Part shown: positions 19,343-28,541 of the stretch, in pieces
How the letters are laid out: each line of letters opens with the position of its first letter
Position numbering within the stretch: the first letter of the stretch is position 1
Assembly: GCA_039588295.1 (NCBI GenBank)
Contig: JBDHAB010000001.1
Location: 128,001-192,000, forward strand
From: Gemmatimonadota bacterium
GTDB lineage: Bacteria > Gemmatimonadota > Gemmatimonadetes > Gemmatimonadales > GWC2-71-9
Reading direction: 5' to 3'
Length of the DNA: 64,000 bases
The notes under the pieces: generated by a model
Seen by the model: only the letters and a program-made list of their open reading frames with translations
The model's database searches: none
Told to the model about the DNA's origin: nothing
Translations under genes and position numbers: made by a program

Positions 19343-20624
19343 CCGAGTCTGGCGGCCTCAGGACCGCCTCGCCAAATACCGCCGGATAGGCGTCCGGAAA
19401 GTCGAGCCGGCTCAACGAGTCAACAAGGAACGCCGCCCGCCCGGTGGGGTCGGCACGAACCACGCCCGGTGGTCGTTGCCAGGTCGAACGCAGCCGGGCG
19501 CTCGTCACCCCGCCGAGCGCGTTCAAGGAGACGCAGGCTACGCCACCGCGGTTGAGCGGCTCTACGAGAGAGAACGGCCCGTAGGTCAGCAGGTTGCCCA
19601 ACGAGTACAGCACCAACCGGCCACGATACCACTCAGCCGCCCGCATCACGTGCGGCCCGTGACCGATCACCGCGGACGCGCCTGCCTCGATCGCCGCGTG
19701 AGCAAAGGCCACCGAGTTACCGCGGTCCTCGCCAAGGTAGCGTTCACGCTCGTCCCGCGTGCGTTGCGCGTCGGTTCCTTCCGCGCCCATATGCATCGTG
19801 ACGATGAGGCGCGGGTATCGCTCCGCCGCTCGAGCCACGTGTCGTCGCACGGCGGCAACGTCGCGCGGGTCAGGACCCGCTTGGGCCGTACTGAACCCGA
19901 GAAACGCGACCGAATCTCCCCCTCGGGTTTGTACCACCGTCGGCAAGGTGTCGGCACCGGTCGCATACACACCAGCGAGTCCCAGATGGCGCAGTGTCGC
20001 CTCGAACCCCGTCCGACCCGCATCCATGGCATGGTTGTTCGCCACGTTCCCGACTACGTCAGCACTGTCACCGAGGCGCCGCAGCGCTGCGGCCGTTTCG
20101 ACCGGCTGTCGGAAGGCGTAGCACGTTCGCGACCCGAGGCGACACTTGGACGGCGCCGAGCCCTCTCCGATCGCGCCTTCGATGTTCAGGAGGACCACAT
20201 CGGCGTCGGCCACCAGGAGCCGAAGTGGGGCAAGCAGCTCGTCTGGGTCGGGGAGTGGCTCGACCGACCGTCCCAGGCGCGCCGCAGCGCGTTGCGACCA
20301 TGCGGAGTCAAGGTTGTTTCCGAGCATGACATCCCCGCCAGCACACACTCGCACATCGCGTGATGCCCGTATCTCCGGCTGCTCGACGACAGAGTCCAGC
20401 ACGCGCTCGATCTCCCACGGCAGCTGCGGCACCACGAGATCGGCGAGCGAGTCCGCTGCCGGGGCGGTGTCCGCTTCGACGGGTCGCACCGACACCGAGT
20501 CGGTCTGCACCGGCGCCGGTTGGGGCGGCGGCTCGAGCGCGGGAGATCCCCCGCACGAACCGAGCGCAGCGACGAGTATCGCGCCGAAGATTGCGGCGGC
20601 GAGGCCCCACGTCGACATCGTCAC
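19302..20624 (-). CDS. CapA family metallophosphatase (PGA biosynthesis-like), probable lipoprotein
   Basis: Motifs GDVMLG, NIEG, ANNHAMD, HMGAE, GHGPHV, YSLGN. Lipobox-like LGSC. Start GTG 20624 (overlaps the upstream stop) or ATG 20618. Confidence 0.88.
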   Translation of the reverse strand: MTMSTWGLAAAIFGAILVAALGSCGGSPALEPPPQPAPVQTDSVSVRPVEADTAPAADSLADLVVPQLPWEIERVLDSVVEQPEIRASRDVRVCAGGDVMLGNNLDSAWSQRAAARLGRSVEPLPDPDELLAPLRLLVADADVVLLNIEGAIGEGSAPSKCRLGSRTCYAFRQPVETAAALRRLGDSADVVGNVANNHAMDAGRTGFEATLRHLGLAGVYATGADTLPTVVQTRGGDSVAFLGFSTAQAGPDPRDVAAVRRHVARAAERYPRLIVTMHMGAEGTDAQRTRDERERYLGEDRGNSVAFAHAAIEAGASAVIGHGPHVMRAAEWYRGRLVLYSLGNLLTYGPFSLVEPLNRGGVACVSLNALGGVTSARLRSTWQRPPGVVRADPTGRAAFLVDSLSRLDFPDAYPAVFGEAVLRPPDSAKRPELRWEDRVR

Positions 20625-21376
20625 AGTCCGGTCGGGTGATCGAGAAACTCCCACGGGAGCCCGAAGCGGAGTGCCAGATGCTCGCCCAGCGTCTTCACAC
20701 CGACCGTCTCCGTGGCGTAGTGGCCCGCGTAGATGACGTTCAGCCCCCACTCCTCGGCGTCGAAGTAACTATGGTGAGGGCCTTCGCCCGTGATGAACGT
20801 ATCGCACCCGGCGTCACGCGCCTGAGCAATCATGTCGCCCGCTGCTCCCGTGACGACCCCGACCCGTTGCACGACCTCGGGGCCGGTGGCAATGAGTCGC
20901 GCCGTTGTCCCGAGCGCGTCCTGTATCTTCGCCACCAGTGTGCCGCGATCCATCGCGAGGCGCCCCGCGACCCCAATGGCCTGACCACGGTAGTCGCCGA
21001 ACCATTCCCAGTCCTCGACGCCCAGCGTTCGGGCCAGGACCGCGTTGTTGCCAATCTCGGGGTGCACGTCCAGTGGCAGGTGTGCCCCATAGAGCGCGAT
21101 GCCATGCTCAATGAGGGATCGGACGCGTCGGCCATGTCGCCCTGTGAGCGGCTGCAGCCCGCCCCAGAACAAACCGTGGTGCACCACCATGAAGTCGGCA
21201 CCACACTTCGCTGCCTGGTCGACGGTTGCCTGGCACGCGTCAACGGCGACGGCGAGCCGCGTGACTTGTCCCGCGTTGGCCACCTGCAGGCCATTCAATG
21301 CTTCCGGGCTGTCGTCGACCTCTGCCACGCGGAGGTAGTGGTCGAGATACTCCGTGAGCTCTTTGAGCGAAGGCAC
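20621..21376 (-). CDS. Nif3-like dinuclear metal center protein (YbgI family)
   Basis: Motifs NGLQV, VHHGLFW, HLPLDVHP..GNN, FITGE, GHYATE. Confidence 0.93.
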   Translation of the reverse strand: MPSLKELTEYLDHYLRVAEVDDSPEALNGLQVANAGQVTRLAVAVDACQATVDQAAKCGADFMVVHHGLFWGGLQPLTGRHGRRVRSLIEHGIALYGAHLPLDVHPEIGNNAVLARTLGVEDWEWFGDYRGQAIGVAGRLAMDRGTLVAKIQDALGTTARLIATGPEVVQRVGVVTGAAGDMIAQARDAGCDTFITGEGPHHSYFDAEEWGLNVIYAGHYATETVGVKTLGEHLALRFGLPWEFLDHPTGL

Positions 21377-21384
21377 AACCCGAA

Positions 21385-21795
21385 CTAACGCTCCGGATGC
21401 TGCTGTGCCACGGCACCCTTGGACTTGGGTGGCTGTGCGTCTCCCATGCGGACCTGCCCGTTCACTTCTCCGCCCTCGTGCACCGTCAGTCGTTTCGTCG
21501 CGATATCACCGTGGACCTCTGAGTCCGGCTGAACCTCCACACGCTCCTCCGCGTAGATCGCTCCGATGACTTTTCCCCCGATGATGGCCTGTCTGGTACG
21601 GATATCACCCTGCACCGTGCCGCCCTTCGCAACCAACACTTCTCGTTCAGCGTTGACGCTCCCTTCCACGACGCCCTCGACCTTCACGACACCATCGGTC
21701 GTGAGCTCACCGACAACTCGCATGCCGGGGGCGACGATCGAGAGGCTACCCTCTCGCCCGCTTTGACCGTCCGAATCCGAGGAAAACACAGCCAT
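21385..21795 (-). CDS. bactofilin (polymer-forming cytoskeletal protein)
   Basis: Beta-helical repeats SIVAPGMRVVGEL..DGVVKVEGVVEGSV...G.V.GDI. Confidence 0.92.
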   Translation of the reverse strand: MAVFSSDSDGQSGREGSLSIVAPGMRVVGELTTDGVVKVEGVVEGSVNAEREVLVAKGGTVQGDIRTRQAIIGGKVIGAIYAEERVEVQPDSEVHGDIATKRLTVHEGGEVNGQVRMGDAQPPKSKGAVAQQHPER

Positions 21796-21798
21796 GAC

Positions 21799-22590
21799 TC
21801 AAGTACCCTCCTGCACCAACGTCCGTGGGTCGATCGAACGACCGTCGTGACGAATCTCAAAGTGTAAGTGAGGCGCGGTGGAGCGTCCGGTTGACCCCGA
21901 CAGCGCGACAACCTGACCCGCAGGCACCGTGTCACCGGTGTTCACCAGGAGCCGGGAGGCATGTCCGTACATGCTCTCGTATCCGTCGGGGTGTGACAGC
22001 AGCACGTTGAGACCGTACTCCGGATCTTCGCCCGCTTGCACGACAACGCCGCCGCCGCTCGCCCGAATTGGCGTGCCCGCCGCGACAGCAATGTCCAGCC
22101 CGGTATGCTGTTCGGCGTCTGCCGAGTCACCCACCGTCCCACGCGTGACGATGCCACGCTCGTCGAGCGGCCAATGGCGCGGGACCGACAGATCGGTTTC
22201 GTACCGCTGGACGTCCCCGGGCACCTGAGCCAGCAGCGCCGGGGCAACCGGCGCATCGGTACTCGGGGCACGCGCCGGAACGACATCACCGCCGAGCATC
22301 GTGCGCAACTGATCGTAGCGCTGTTCCATCTGGTCGAGGGCGGCCGCTAGTTCCCGAACCCGACTGTTCTCCTCTCGGAGCCGACCGAGTTCACGGTTGA
22401 GTCCCGGCACTCGGGCCGCTGTGCGAACGATTGGCGCATACAGCACCGCGGAAATTACGAGGAGAACGCCCAGCACGATGCCCGCAACGGTGAGCGCTCG
22501 AAACAGCCACGCGGGCATGCGCACCGCTGGTGACGACACATCGCCGTCACGGTGCACCATGATGGTAACCGTCCGCCTGTTGTGCGTCAT
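21799..22590 (-). CDS. M23 family metallopeptidase with N-terminal TM and coiled coil
   Basis: Motifs HTGLDIA, YGHAS, GSTGRSTAPHLHFEI. Confidence 0.92.
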   Translation of the reverse strand: MTHNRRTVTIMVHRDGDVSSPAVRMPAWLFRALTVAGIVLGVLLVISAVLYAPIVRTAARVPGLNRELGRLREENSRVRELAAALDQMEQRYDQLRTMLGGDVVPARAPSTDAPVAPALLAQVPGDVQRYETDLSVPRHWPLDERGIVTRGTVGDSADAEQHTGLDIAVAAGTPIRASGGGVVVQAGEDPEYGLNVLLSHPDGYESMYGHASRLLVNTGDTVPAGQVVALSGSTGRSTAPHLHFEIRHDGRSIDPRTLVQEGT

Positions 22591-23480
22591 CCTTCGAACG
22601 GTTCCCCGAGTATCAGCTCGAGGATGCGTGCGAGGTCGTTGTCTGAATAGAAGTTGATCGTCAGCCTACCACTCGACTTGCCGCGTGCGCTCAGGCGCAC
22701 ATCGGTCTGCAGGCGCCGCCGCAGGGCTTCCTCAACCCTGCGGACCTCGGGATCGCGTGGCTTTTGCCCACGTCTGCTTCGGGGCCGGCGCTGGGCGGCT
22801 GGTCCTCCACGCACCAGGTCTTCGATCTCCCGGACAGACAGCCGCAATTCCACCGCTTTCGCGGCGAGGGTATCGATCCGCCCGCGATCGGCCAGGGCCA
22901 ACAGGGCCCGAGCGTGGCCCGTACTGAGCGCCCCCGTATGGACCAACCCCTGTACCGACTCGGGCAGCTTCAGGAGTCGGAGAGCATTGGAAACGGTTGA
23001 TCGATCGCGACCGGTAAGCGCTGCAATGTCCGCTTGTGAGGTCTGGAAGTCGTCAATCAAGCGCCGATAGCCGCGTGCTTCGTCGATCGGCGACAGCGCG
23101 TCCCGCTGCAGATTCTCGACGAGCGCGAGGGTAAGGAGGGTCCGGTCATCTACGTCGCGCACCACCGCGCCGATCTCGGTCCACCCCAACCGCTGCGCGG
23201 CGCGCCACCGGCGTTCACCGGCGATGAGCTCATACGCGCCGTTCGCGGCACGGCGCACCACGACCGGCTGCAAGAGGCCAGAGGCCTTCATCGAGGCGGC
23301 GAGTTCGGCCAGCGCCGCGTCGTCGATCACGTGGCGTGGCTGATACGGATTCGGTTGGAGCGCCGATACGAGCACCTGCGTGAGCGAACCGTCAGAGCGG
23401 GCGTTCGCGGTCGTCGCGGTAGGACCGAGCAACGCCTCGAGCCCACGTCCCAGCCGTCGCTTCCCACCCGGGGTCGTCAC
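22587..23480 (-). CDS. parB: chromosome partitioning protein ParB
   Basis: N-terminal [28 protein letters not shown], and [17 protein letters not shown]. Confidence 0.96.
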   Translation of the reverse strand: MTTPGGKRRLGRGLEALLGPTATTANARSDGSLTQVLVSALQPNPYQPRHVIDDAALAELAASMKASGLLQPVVVRRAANGAYELIAGERRWRAAQRLGWTEIGAVVRDVDDRTLLTLALVENLQRDALSPIDEARGYRRLIDDFQTSQADIAALTGRDRSTVSNALRLLKLPESVQGLVHTGALSTGHARALLALADRGRIDTLAAKAVELRLSVREIEDLVRGGPAAQRRPRSRRGQKPRDPEVRRVEEALRRRLQTDVRLSARGKSSGRLTINFYSDNDLARILELILGEPFEG

Positions 23481-24310
23481 GGTGATGCCTGCCGAGCGGC
23501 GGACCGGGCCGCCCCTGATGGCCGCTCCTGCCGACGAAGCACGCGGCGCACGAGTTCCTGTGCGAGCGAGAGGTAGCTCTTGGCTCCTGTCGACTGGACG
23601 TCGTACAGCAGGATCGGGCTCCCAAAGCTCGGCGCTTCCGCGAGTCTCACGTTTCGTGGGATGACGGTGCGGTACACTTGGTGTCCGAAGTACTCCTTCG
23701 CCTCGGCGGCCACCTGTTTCGACAAGTTCAGGCGCGGATCAAACATGGTCAGGAGTACACCTTCGATCGCGAGATCGGGATTGTGGTTCTGCTGAACCAG
23801 CCGCACCGTGTTCAGCAGCTTCGACAGACCCTCAAGCGCATAGTATTCGCACTGAATCGGAATCAGTACCGAGTCGGCTGCCGCGAGCATGTTCAGCGTG
23901 AGAAGTCCGAGTGACGGGGGGCAATCCACAATCACGATCTCGTAGGCGTCGCGCAGCCGCGCCAGTTTGCGTCGCATCACGCGTTCGCGGCTCGGCCAGT
24001 TGACAAGCTCGACCTCCGCACCGACGAGATCCTGTGTTGCGGGAACGACGTCCAAGGTGGGAAAACTCACACTGCGTTGCACCGCATCGACTAATGCGAT
24101 GTCGTCGTCCATGAGCGCATCGTACATCGAGACTCGGATTTCGCCGGGATCGATCCCGATGCCGCTGGTGGCATTGGCCTGGGGATCGGCATCGATCAGC
24201 AGGGTGCGACGCTCGGCAGCGGCGAGGGACGCCGCCAGATTCACCGCCGTCGTCGTCTTGCCGACTCCGCCCTTTTGGTTCGCGACCGCAACGACCCTTG
24301 AAAAGTCCAT
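23477..24310 (-). CDS. parA: chromosome partitioning ATPase ParA/Soj
   Basis: Deviant Walker [12 protein letters not shown], plus DPQANAT, DCPPSLG and [10 protein letters not shown]. Confidence 0.96.
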   Translation of the reverse strand: MDFSRVVAVANQKGGVGKTTTAVNLAASLAAAERRTLLIDADPQANATSGIGIDPGEIRVSMYDALMDDDIALVDAVQRSVSFPTLDVVPATQDLVGAEVELVNWPSRERVMRRKLARLRDAYEIVIVDCPPSLGLLTLNMLAAADSVLIPIQCEYYALEGLSKLLNTVRLVQQNHNPDLAIEGVLLTMFDPRLNLSKQVAAEAKEYFGHQVYRTVIPRNVRLAEAPSFGSPILLYDVQSTGAKSYLSLAQELVRRVLRRQERPSGAARSAARQASP

Positions 24311-24422
24311 AAACGGCTGTCTAGTAATAGCTTACGAAGTATTGTCACAGAGTGGGACGCCGTGTCCCGAGCGAGCGGGGCAATATACCGAGCATTGCCT
24401 CCAGCCGCCAGGACATCACGCA

Positions 24423-24438
24423 CGTTTCACGTGAAACA
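24423..24438. promoter_or_regulatory. parS centromere site
   Basis: CGTTTCACGTGAAACA is a 15/16 match to the consensus TGTTTCACGTGAAACA and lies just upstream of parA. Confidence 0.9.
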
Positions 24439-24478
24439 ACGGCAGTCGCGTATCAGAACCTCGGGCGCGTACGCCCGT

Positions 24479-24494
24479 GTTTTCACGTGAAACT
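24479..24494. promoter_or_regulatory. second parS-like site
   Basis: GTTTTCACGTGAAACT, with the palindromic core TTTCACGTGAAA intact. Confidence 0.8.
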
Positions 24495-24514
24495 GCGAGT
24501 TTAATCGGAGGGAA

Positions 24515-26389
24515 TCAGGCGGCCGAGCGGTTCCGACGGACGACTTCGAGCACGAGGTTCTGGAGATCGCTGGGCGAGACCCCGGGGATTCGCCCCGCCT
24601 GCGCGAGCGAGCCCGGCCGAACCCGGTCGAGTTTCTGCCGCGCCTCGGTACTCAGGCTCTTGAGGTCCAAATACCCGAGATCCGACGGGAGACGAAACCC
24701 AGCCATTTCAGCCAGTTTCTCGGCCGCGCGCCGCTCCCGCTCGAGATACCCATGGTATTTCAGCTCGATCTCCGCCGACATCCAGGATTCCGGCGTGAAC
24801 CCTTCTGGATCGGACCCCGCCCGCCGGAGCAGGTCCTCGAGAGCAAGCCCAGGGCGGCGTACCAACGCCCCGACCCTCTGACGCTCCGTGACTTCCTGCT
24901 GTCCGGCGGCTCGGAGCAGCGCGTTCGCTTCATTCGGCCGGATCGTCGTGCCCTCCGCGAGGCGAACCAGCTGTTCCTCTTGTTCTCTCCGACGATCCAG
25001 AACCGCCAGCTCGTCACTCGTAAGCAAGCCAAGGCGGGACGCCAGCGGCCCCATGCGTTTGAGCGCATTGTCCTGCCGCAGCAAGAGGCGGAACTCCGCC
25101 CGGGACGTGAAGAGCCGGTACGGCTCATCAACCCCCCGCGTAATCAGGTCATCTACCAGGACACCGAGGTACCCGTCGTCGCGACCGAGGACAACGGGTT
25201 CCTCACCCCGCCCACGCCGGATCGCGTTGATGCCAGCGAGCACTCCCTGCCCCGCAGCTTCTTCATACCCCGTGGTTCCGTTAATCTGGCCCGCGAAGAA
25301 GAGGCCGGCGATGGCCTTGACCTCGAGCCACGGCGTGAGTTGCTGTGGTGGGTAGTAGTCGTACTCGATCGCATAGCCCGGACGAGTCATTTTGGCATGC
25401 TCAAGTCCCGTAACTGCTTGTAAGAATTGCAGTTGTATGTCCGCAGGCAGCGACGTGGAGAGGCCGTTGACGTAGAGTTCGGTCGTCTCGAGGCCCTCAG
25501 GTTCGAGGAAGATCTGGTGCCGCTCCGCCTCGGGGAACCTGATCACTTTATCCTCAATCGACGGGCAGTATCGCGGCCCGCGCGCAGCGATTGCCCCGCC
25601 GTAGAGCGCTGACTCATGCAAATGGCGCCGGATAATCCCCTTCACCCCCTCGCCCGCCCACGTGATCCAACACGGTCGCTGCTCCGGAGAGTGCGGCTGC
25701 ACGAAATGCGAGAAGCAAAAGCCCGGGTCGTCCGCATCCTGACGCTCGAGCCTCGCGAAATCGACGGAGCGGCCGTCGACCCGCGGCGGCGTCCCCGTCT
25801 TGAAGCGATCGACTTCCAGCCCTAGCGCTTCCAGCTGCTCGGCAATGTCGACTGCTGCCGGGTCACCGGCGCGCCCTCCGTCCAATCGGGTGGTCGTGCC
25901 GATGTGAATCTTGCCGCGCAGGAACGTTCCCGCTGTGAGAATCACGGACGTTCCGCGAACCAGACGATCGTCGGCAAGTCGCACACCGACGACCGCATCG
26001 CCCTCGAGCGCCAGCGCCTTCACCGTGGCCTGGAGAAGATCGATTCCCCGCTGCTCCTCGAGGAGCGAGCGCACTGCACGCCGGTACAGTCCGCGATCAC
26101 ACTGTGCCCGGGGCGCCCATACCGCAGGTCCCTTCGATCGATTGAGCATGCGGAACTGAATGGTCGCGCGATCGGCCGCCCGCCCCATGACCCCACCCAA
26201 CGCATCGACCTCACGCACGACCGTCCCCTTCGCAACGCCGCCGATCGCGGGATTACAGGACATTTGGCCAATCGTGTCCAAGCTCGACGTGACCAACAGT
26301 GCCCGAGCTCCGAGACGCACCGCCGCGGTGGCCGCCTCGGAGCCGGCGTGACCTCCGCCAATCACGATGACGTCATAGGGTGCGTGCAT
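24515..26389 (-). CDS. mnmG: tRNA uridine-5-carboxymethylaminomethyl(34) synthesis enzyme MnmG/GidA
   Basis: Motifs IGGGHAG, MSCNPAIGG, SKGPAV, RFKTGTPPR, GPRYCPSIEDK, AGQINGTTGYEEAA. ATG at 26389. Confidence 0.97.
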   Translation of the reverse strand: MHAPYDVIVIGGGHAGSEAATAAVRLGARALLVTSSLDTIGQMSCNPAIGGVAKGTVVREVDALGGVMGRAADRATIQFRMLNRSKGPAVWAPRAQCDRGLYRRAVRSLLEEQRGIDLLQATVKALALEGDAVVGVRLADDRLVRGTSVILTAGTFLRGKIHIGTTTRLDGGRAGDPAAVDIAEQLEALGLEVDRFKTGTPPRVDGRSVDFARLERQDADDPGFCFSHFVQPHSPEQRPCWITWAGEGVKGIIRRHLHESALYGGAIAARGPRYCPSIEDKVIRFPEAERHQIFLEPEGLETTELYVNGLSTSLPADIQLQFLQAVTGLEHAKMTRPGYAIEYDYYPPQQLTPWLEVKAIAGLFFAGQINGTTGYEEAAGQGVLAGINAIRRGRGEEPVVLGRDDGYLGVLVDDLITRGVDEPYRLFTSRAEFRLLLRQDNALKRMGPLASRLGLLTSDELAVLDRRREQEEQLVRLAEGTTIRPNEANALLRAAGQQEVTERQRVGALVRRPGLALEDLLRRAGSDPEGFTPESWMSAEIELKYHGYLERERRAAEKLAEMAGFRLPSDLGYLDLKSLSTEARQKLDRVRPGSLAQAGRIPGVSPSDLQNLVLEVVRRNRSAA

Positions 26390-26482
26390 AAGCGAAGGAA
26401 CATACACCGGGGAGAGCCAATCGGGGACATTGACCCGTCTGAGCGCGCGCAAACCGGGGCGGCGCCCGTACTACAATCCCGC

Positions 26483-27407
26483 GCCGGAGACGGCGCCCAC
26501 AGACCCGGACCATCCGGTGCATGGCACTGTCCGTTCCTTGTTCTGAGACTGTCATTATAGTGTCTCAACTCCAAGCCCTGATCCGGCGCAGAGGTCTGCG
26601 GAGTCGGGGGCGCGTGCCATAGATGAGAATGCCGACCCAAAGTGGATTCGCGCGGCGGCCCGCGTGGCGAGCCGCAACCCAACAGACGAGCAAACGCAAC
26701 TCGAGAGGGCGACCGCCGGAGACGGGGCTCCACTATACCCGGACGCCAACAAGGCAGGCAGTGTCAGTTGTCTGTTCTGAGTCTATCGTGATTACCGTTC
26801 TAGATCCTAGGCCCTGATCCAGCACGGAAGCTCCCGTAGTCGGCGACGCTTGCCGCACATTCAGTATGCCGACCCGGTAGATTCGCGCGGCGACCCACGC
26901 GACGAGTGGCAGCCCAACGACCAGCAACACAATCGAGAGCGCGAGCATCGGAGACGGAACTCCACTCCACCCGAACGACCCCAAGGCCGCGCACTGTCAG
27001 TTGTCTGTATTGAAACTGACGCTACAGCGTCAAAGCCCTAGGCTCTGACCCAGCGCAGCAGCTCGCGTGGCCGGGGACGCTTGCCATACATCAGTATGCC
27101 GACCCGGTAGAGTCGCCGCGGCGCCCTACGTGACGAGCAGCAGCCCAACGACCAGCAACACAATTGAGAGCACGAGCATCGGAAGACGGAACTCCACTCC
27201 ACCCGAACGGCCACAAGGCGCTGCACTGTCGGTTGTCTGTATTGAAACTGACGCTACAGCGTCAAAACCCTAGGCTCTGATCCAGCGCAGCAGCTCGCGT
27301 GGCCGGGGACGCTTGCCATACATCAGTATGCCGACCCGGTAGATTCGCGCGGCGACCCACGTGACGAGCAGCAGCCCAACGACCAGCAACACAATCGAGA
27401 GCGCGAG
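26483..27407 (-). repeat. degenerate tandem array of four ~232-bp units (permease 3' end plus spacer)
   Basis: Stop-codon landmark CTAGGCTCTGA recurs at 27270, 27038, 26807 (CTAGGCCCTGA) and 26571 (CCAAGCCCTGA), at spacings of 232, 231 and 236 bp. Spacers GGAGACGG...CTGTCAGTTGTCTGT lie at 27177-27269, 26946-27037, ~26714-26806 and ~26483-26570. Confidence 0.92.
27249..27264 (-). terminator. hairpin just downstream of the permease stop (possible intrinsic terminator)
   Basis: TGACGCT-AC-AGCGTCA perfect inverted repeat followed by GTTTC on the transcribed strand. Duplicated at 27017-27032. Confidence 0.4.
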
Positions 27408-28541
27408 TTCCGTGAACGGCACCGTCGCGGCTGCCCAGCGCACTGGCATGGCGATGGGCGAGCAGAAGGGAATCAGTGATAGGGTGATCGCCAGCGCCCC
27501 ATCCGGCTGCTGCAGGATGCCCAGCATCAAGATCACGGGCACAATGAGCAGCATCACCACGGGGGTCTGTGCTTGGCGTGCCTCGGCTTCTGAGTTCGAC
27601 ATCGCCGCGACGGCAGCGAACATCGCCGCATAGAGGAAATAACCCAGCAGGAAGTACGTGAGGACAATGAGTAGGGTGGCCAACGAAACCTCGGGTAGCG
27701 GGAAGCTCTGGCCGACCGCTGCATCCACCCCCGCCAGCTCCATGACCAGATCCCGACGCTTGAATAACACCCAGGCCGATAATCCCCAGATCAGAAACTG
27801 AAACAACCCGACCGCTCCCACACCGATCACCTTGCCCGCCAGGAGTTGGAACGGCCTGAGGCTGGAAACCAGCACCTCGACGATGCGAGACGTCTTCTCC
27901 TCTACTACCGACCCAAGCACCTGTACTCCATACAGCAGGATCCCCACGTACAACAGGATCCATACGGCGTAGGCCAGAATGAACGCGGATTCACCCGACT
28001 CGTCCGTCACCCGACCGCCGCGAATACTCACCGTGCGCATTCGCACGGGAATCTGCGCCTGCGCCACCTGTTCTGGGTCAACTCCGATGCGGCCCAGGCG
28101 CTCAGCAAGCACGGTTTCACGGATCAACCGCTCCAAGAGCTGCATGTCAGCGAACGACGAGACATTGGCCCCGCGATACTCGACGTGCCCATCCTCGACC
28201 GCCTCTCCAGACACGATCAGGTAACCGTCCAGTTGCTTCTCCCCGACGACCGCGTTCAATGAGTCCGTCGTCGACTCCAACGCGGCCACCTCCACCTCGA
28301 GCAGCACGGCACTCAGTGGGGCCGGACCGTTGAACACGTCGACGAGACGGTTGGCGAAGTCATCCCCGGCGACATCGATGACCGTGATCTGGCGGCGGCG
28401 GCCACCGCGCTCCGCCATCAGTATCGGCAGTACGACAATCACTGCCATGAGAACGGGTCCGAGAACGGTCGAAACGATGAACCACTTGTTGCGGACCTTC
28501 TCGACGAACTCGCGCCGGATGACCACCCAGATCTTACGCAT
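27270..28541 (-). CDS. ABC-2 type transporter permease (NatB/YhaP-like)
   Basis: MRKIWVVIRREF, VVEEKTSRIVEVLVSS, multiple TM segments, and C-terminal RIYRVGILMYGKRP. Confidence 0.92.
   Translation of the reverse strand: MRKIWVVIRREFVEKVRNKWFIVSTVLGPVLMAVIVVLPILMAERGGRRRQITVIDVAGDDFANRLVDVFNGPAPLSAVLLEVEVAALESTTDSLNAVVGEKQLDGYLIVSGEAVEDGHVEYRGANVSSFADMQLLERLIRETVLAERLGRIGVDPEQVAQAQIPVRMRTVSIRGGRVTDESGESAFILAYAVWILLYVGILLYGVQVLGSVVEEKTSRIVEVLVSSLRPFQLLAGKVIGVGAVGLFQFLIWGLSAWVLFKRRDLVMELAGVDAAVGQSFPLPEVSLATLLIVLTYFLLGYFLYAAMFAAVAAMSNSEAEARQAQTPVVMLLIVPVILMLGILQQPDGALAITLSLIPFCSPIAMPVRWAAATVPFTELALSIVLLVVGLLLVTWVAARIYRVGILMYGKRPRPRELLRWIRA

Noticed and set aside
26733..27226. ORFs 26733..26984 and 27038..27226 as independent genes
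   Set aside because: They are frameshifted read-outs of the duplicated permease 3' end.
26483..27407. Array as a CRISPR locus or a DGR template/variable repeat
   Set aside because: Units are ~232 bp with homologous rather than unique spacers. No cas or reverse transcriptase gene is present, and the differences include indels and are not adenine-specific.
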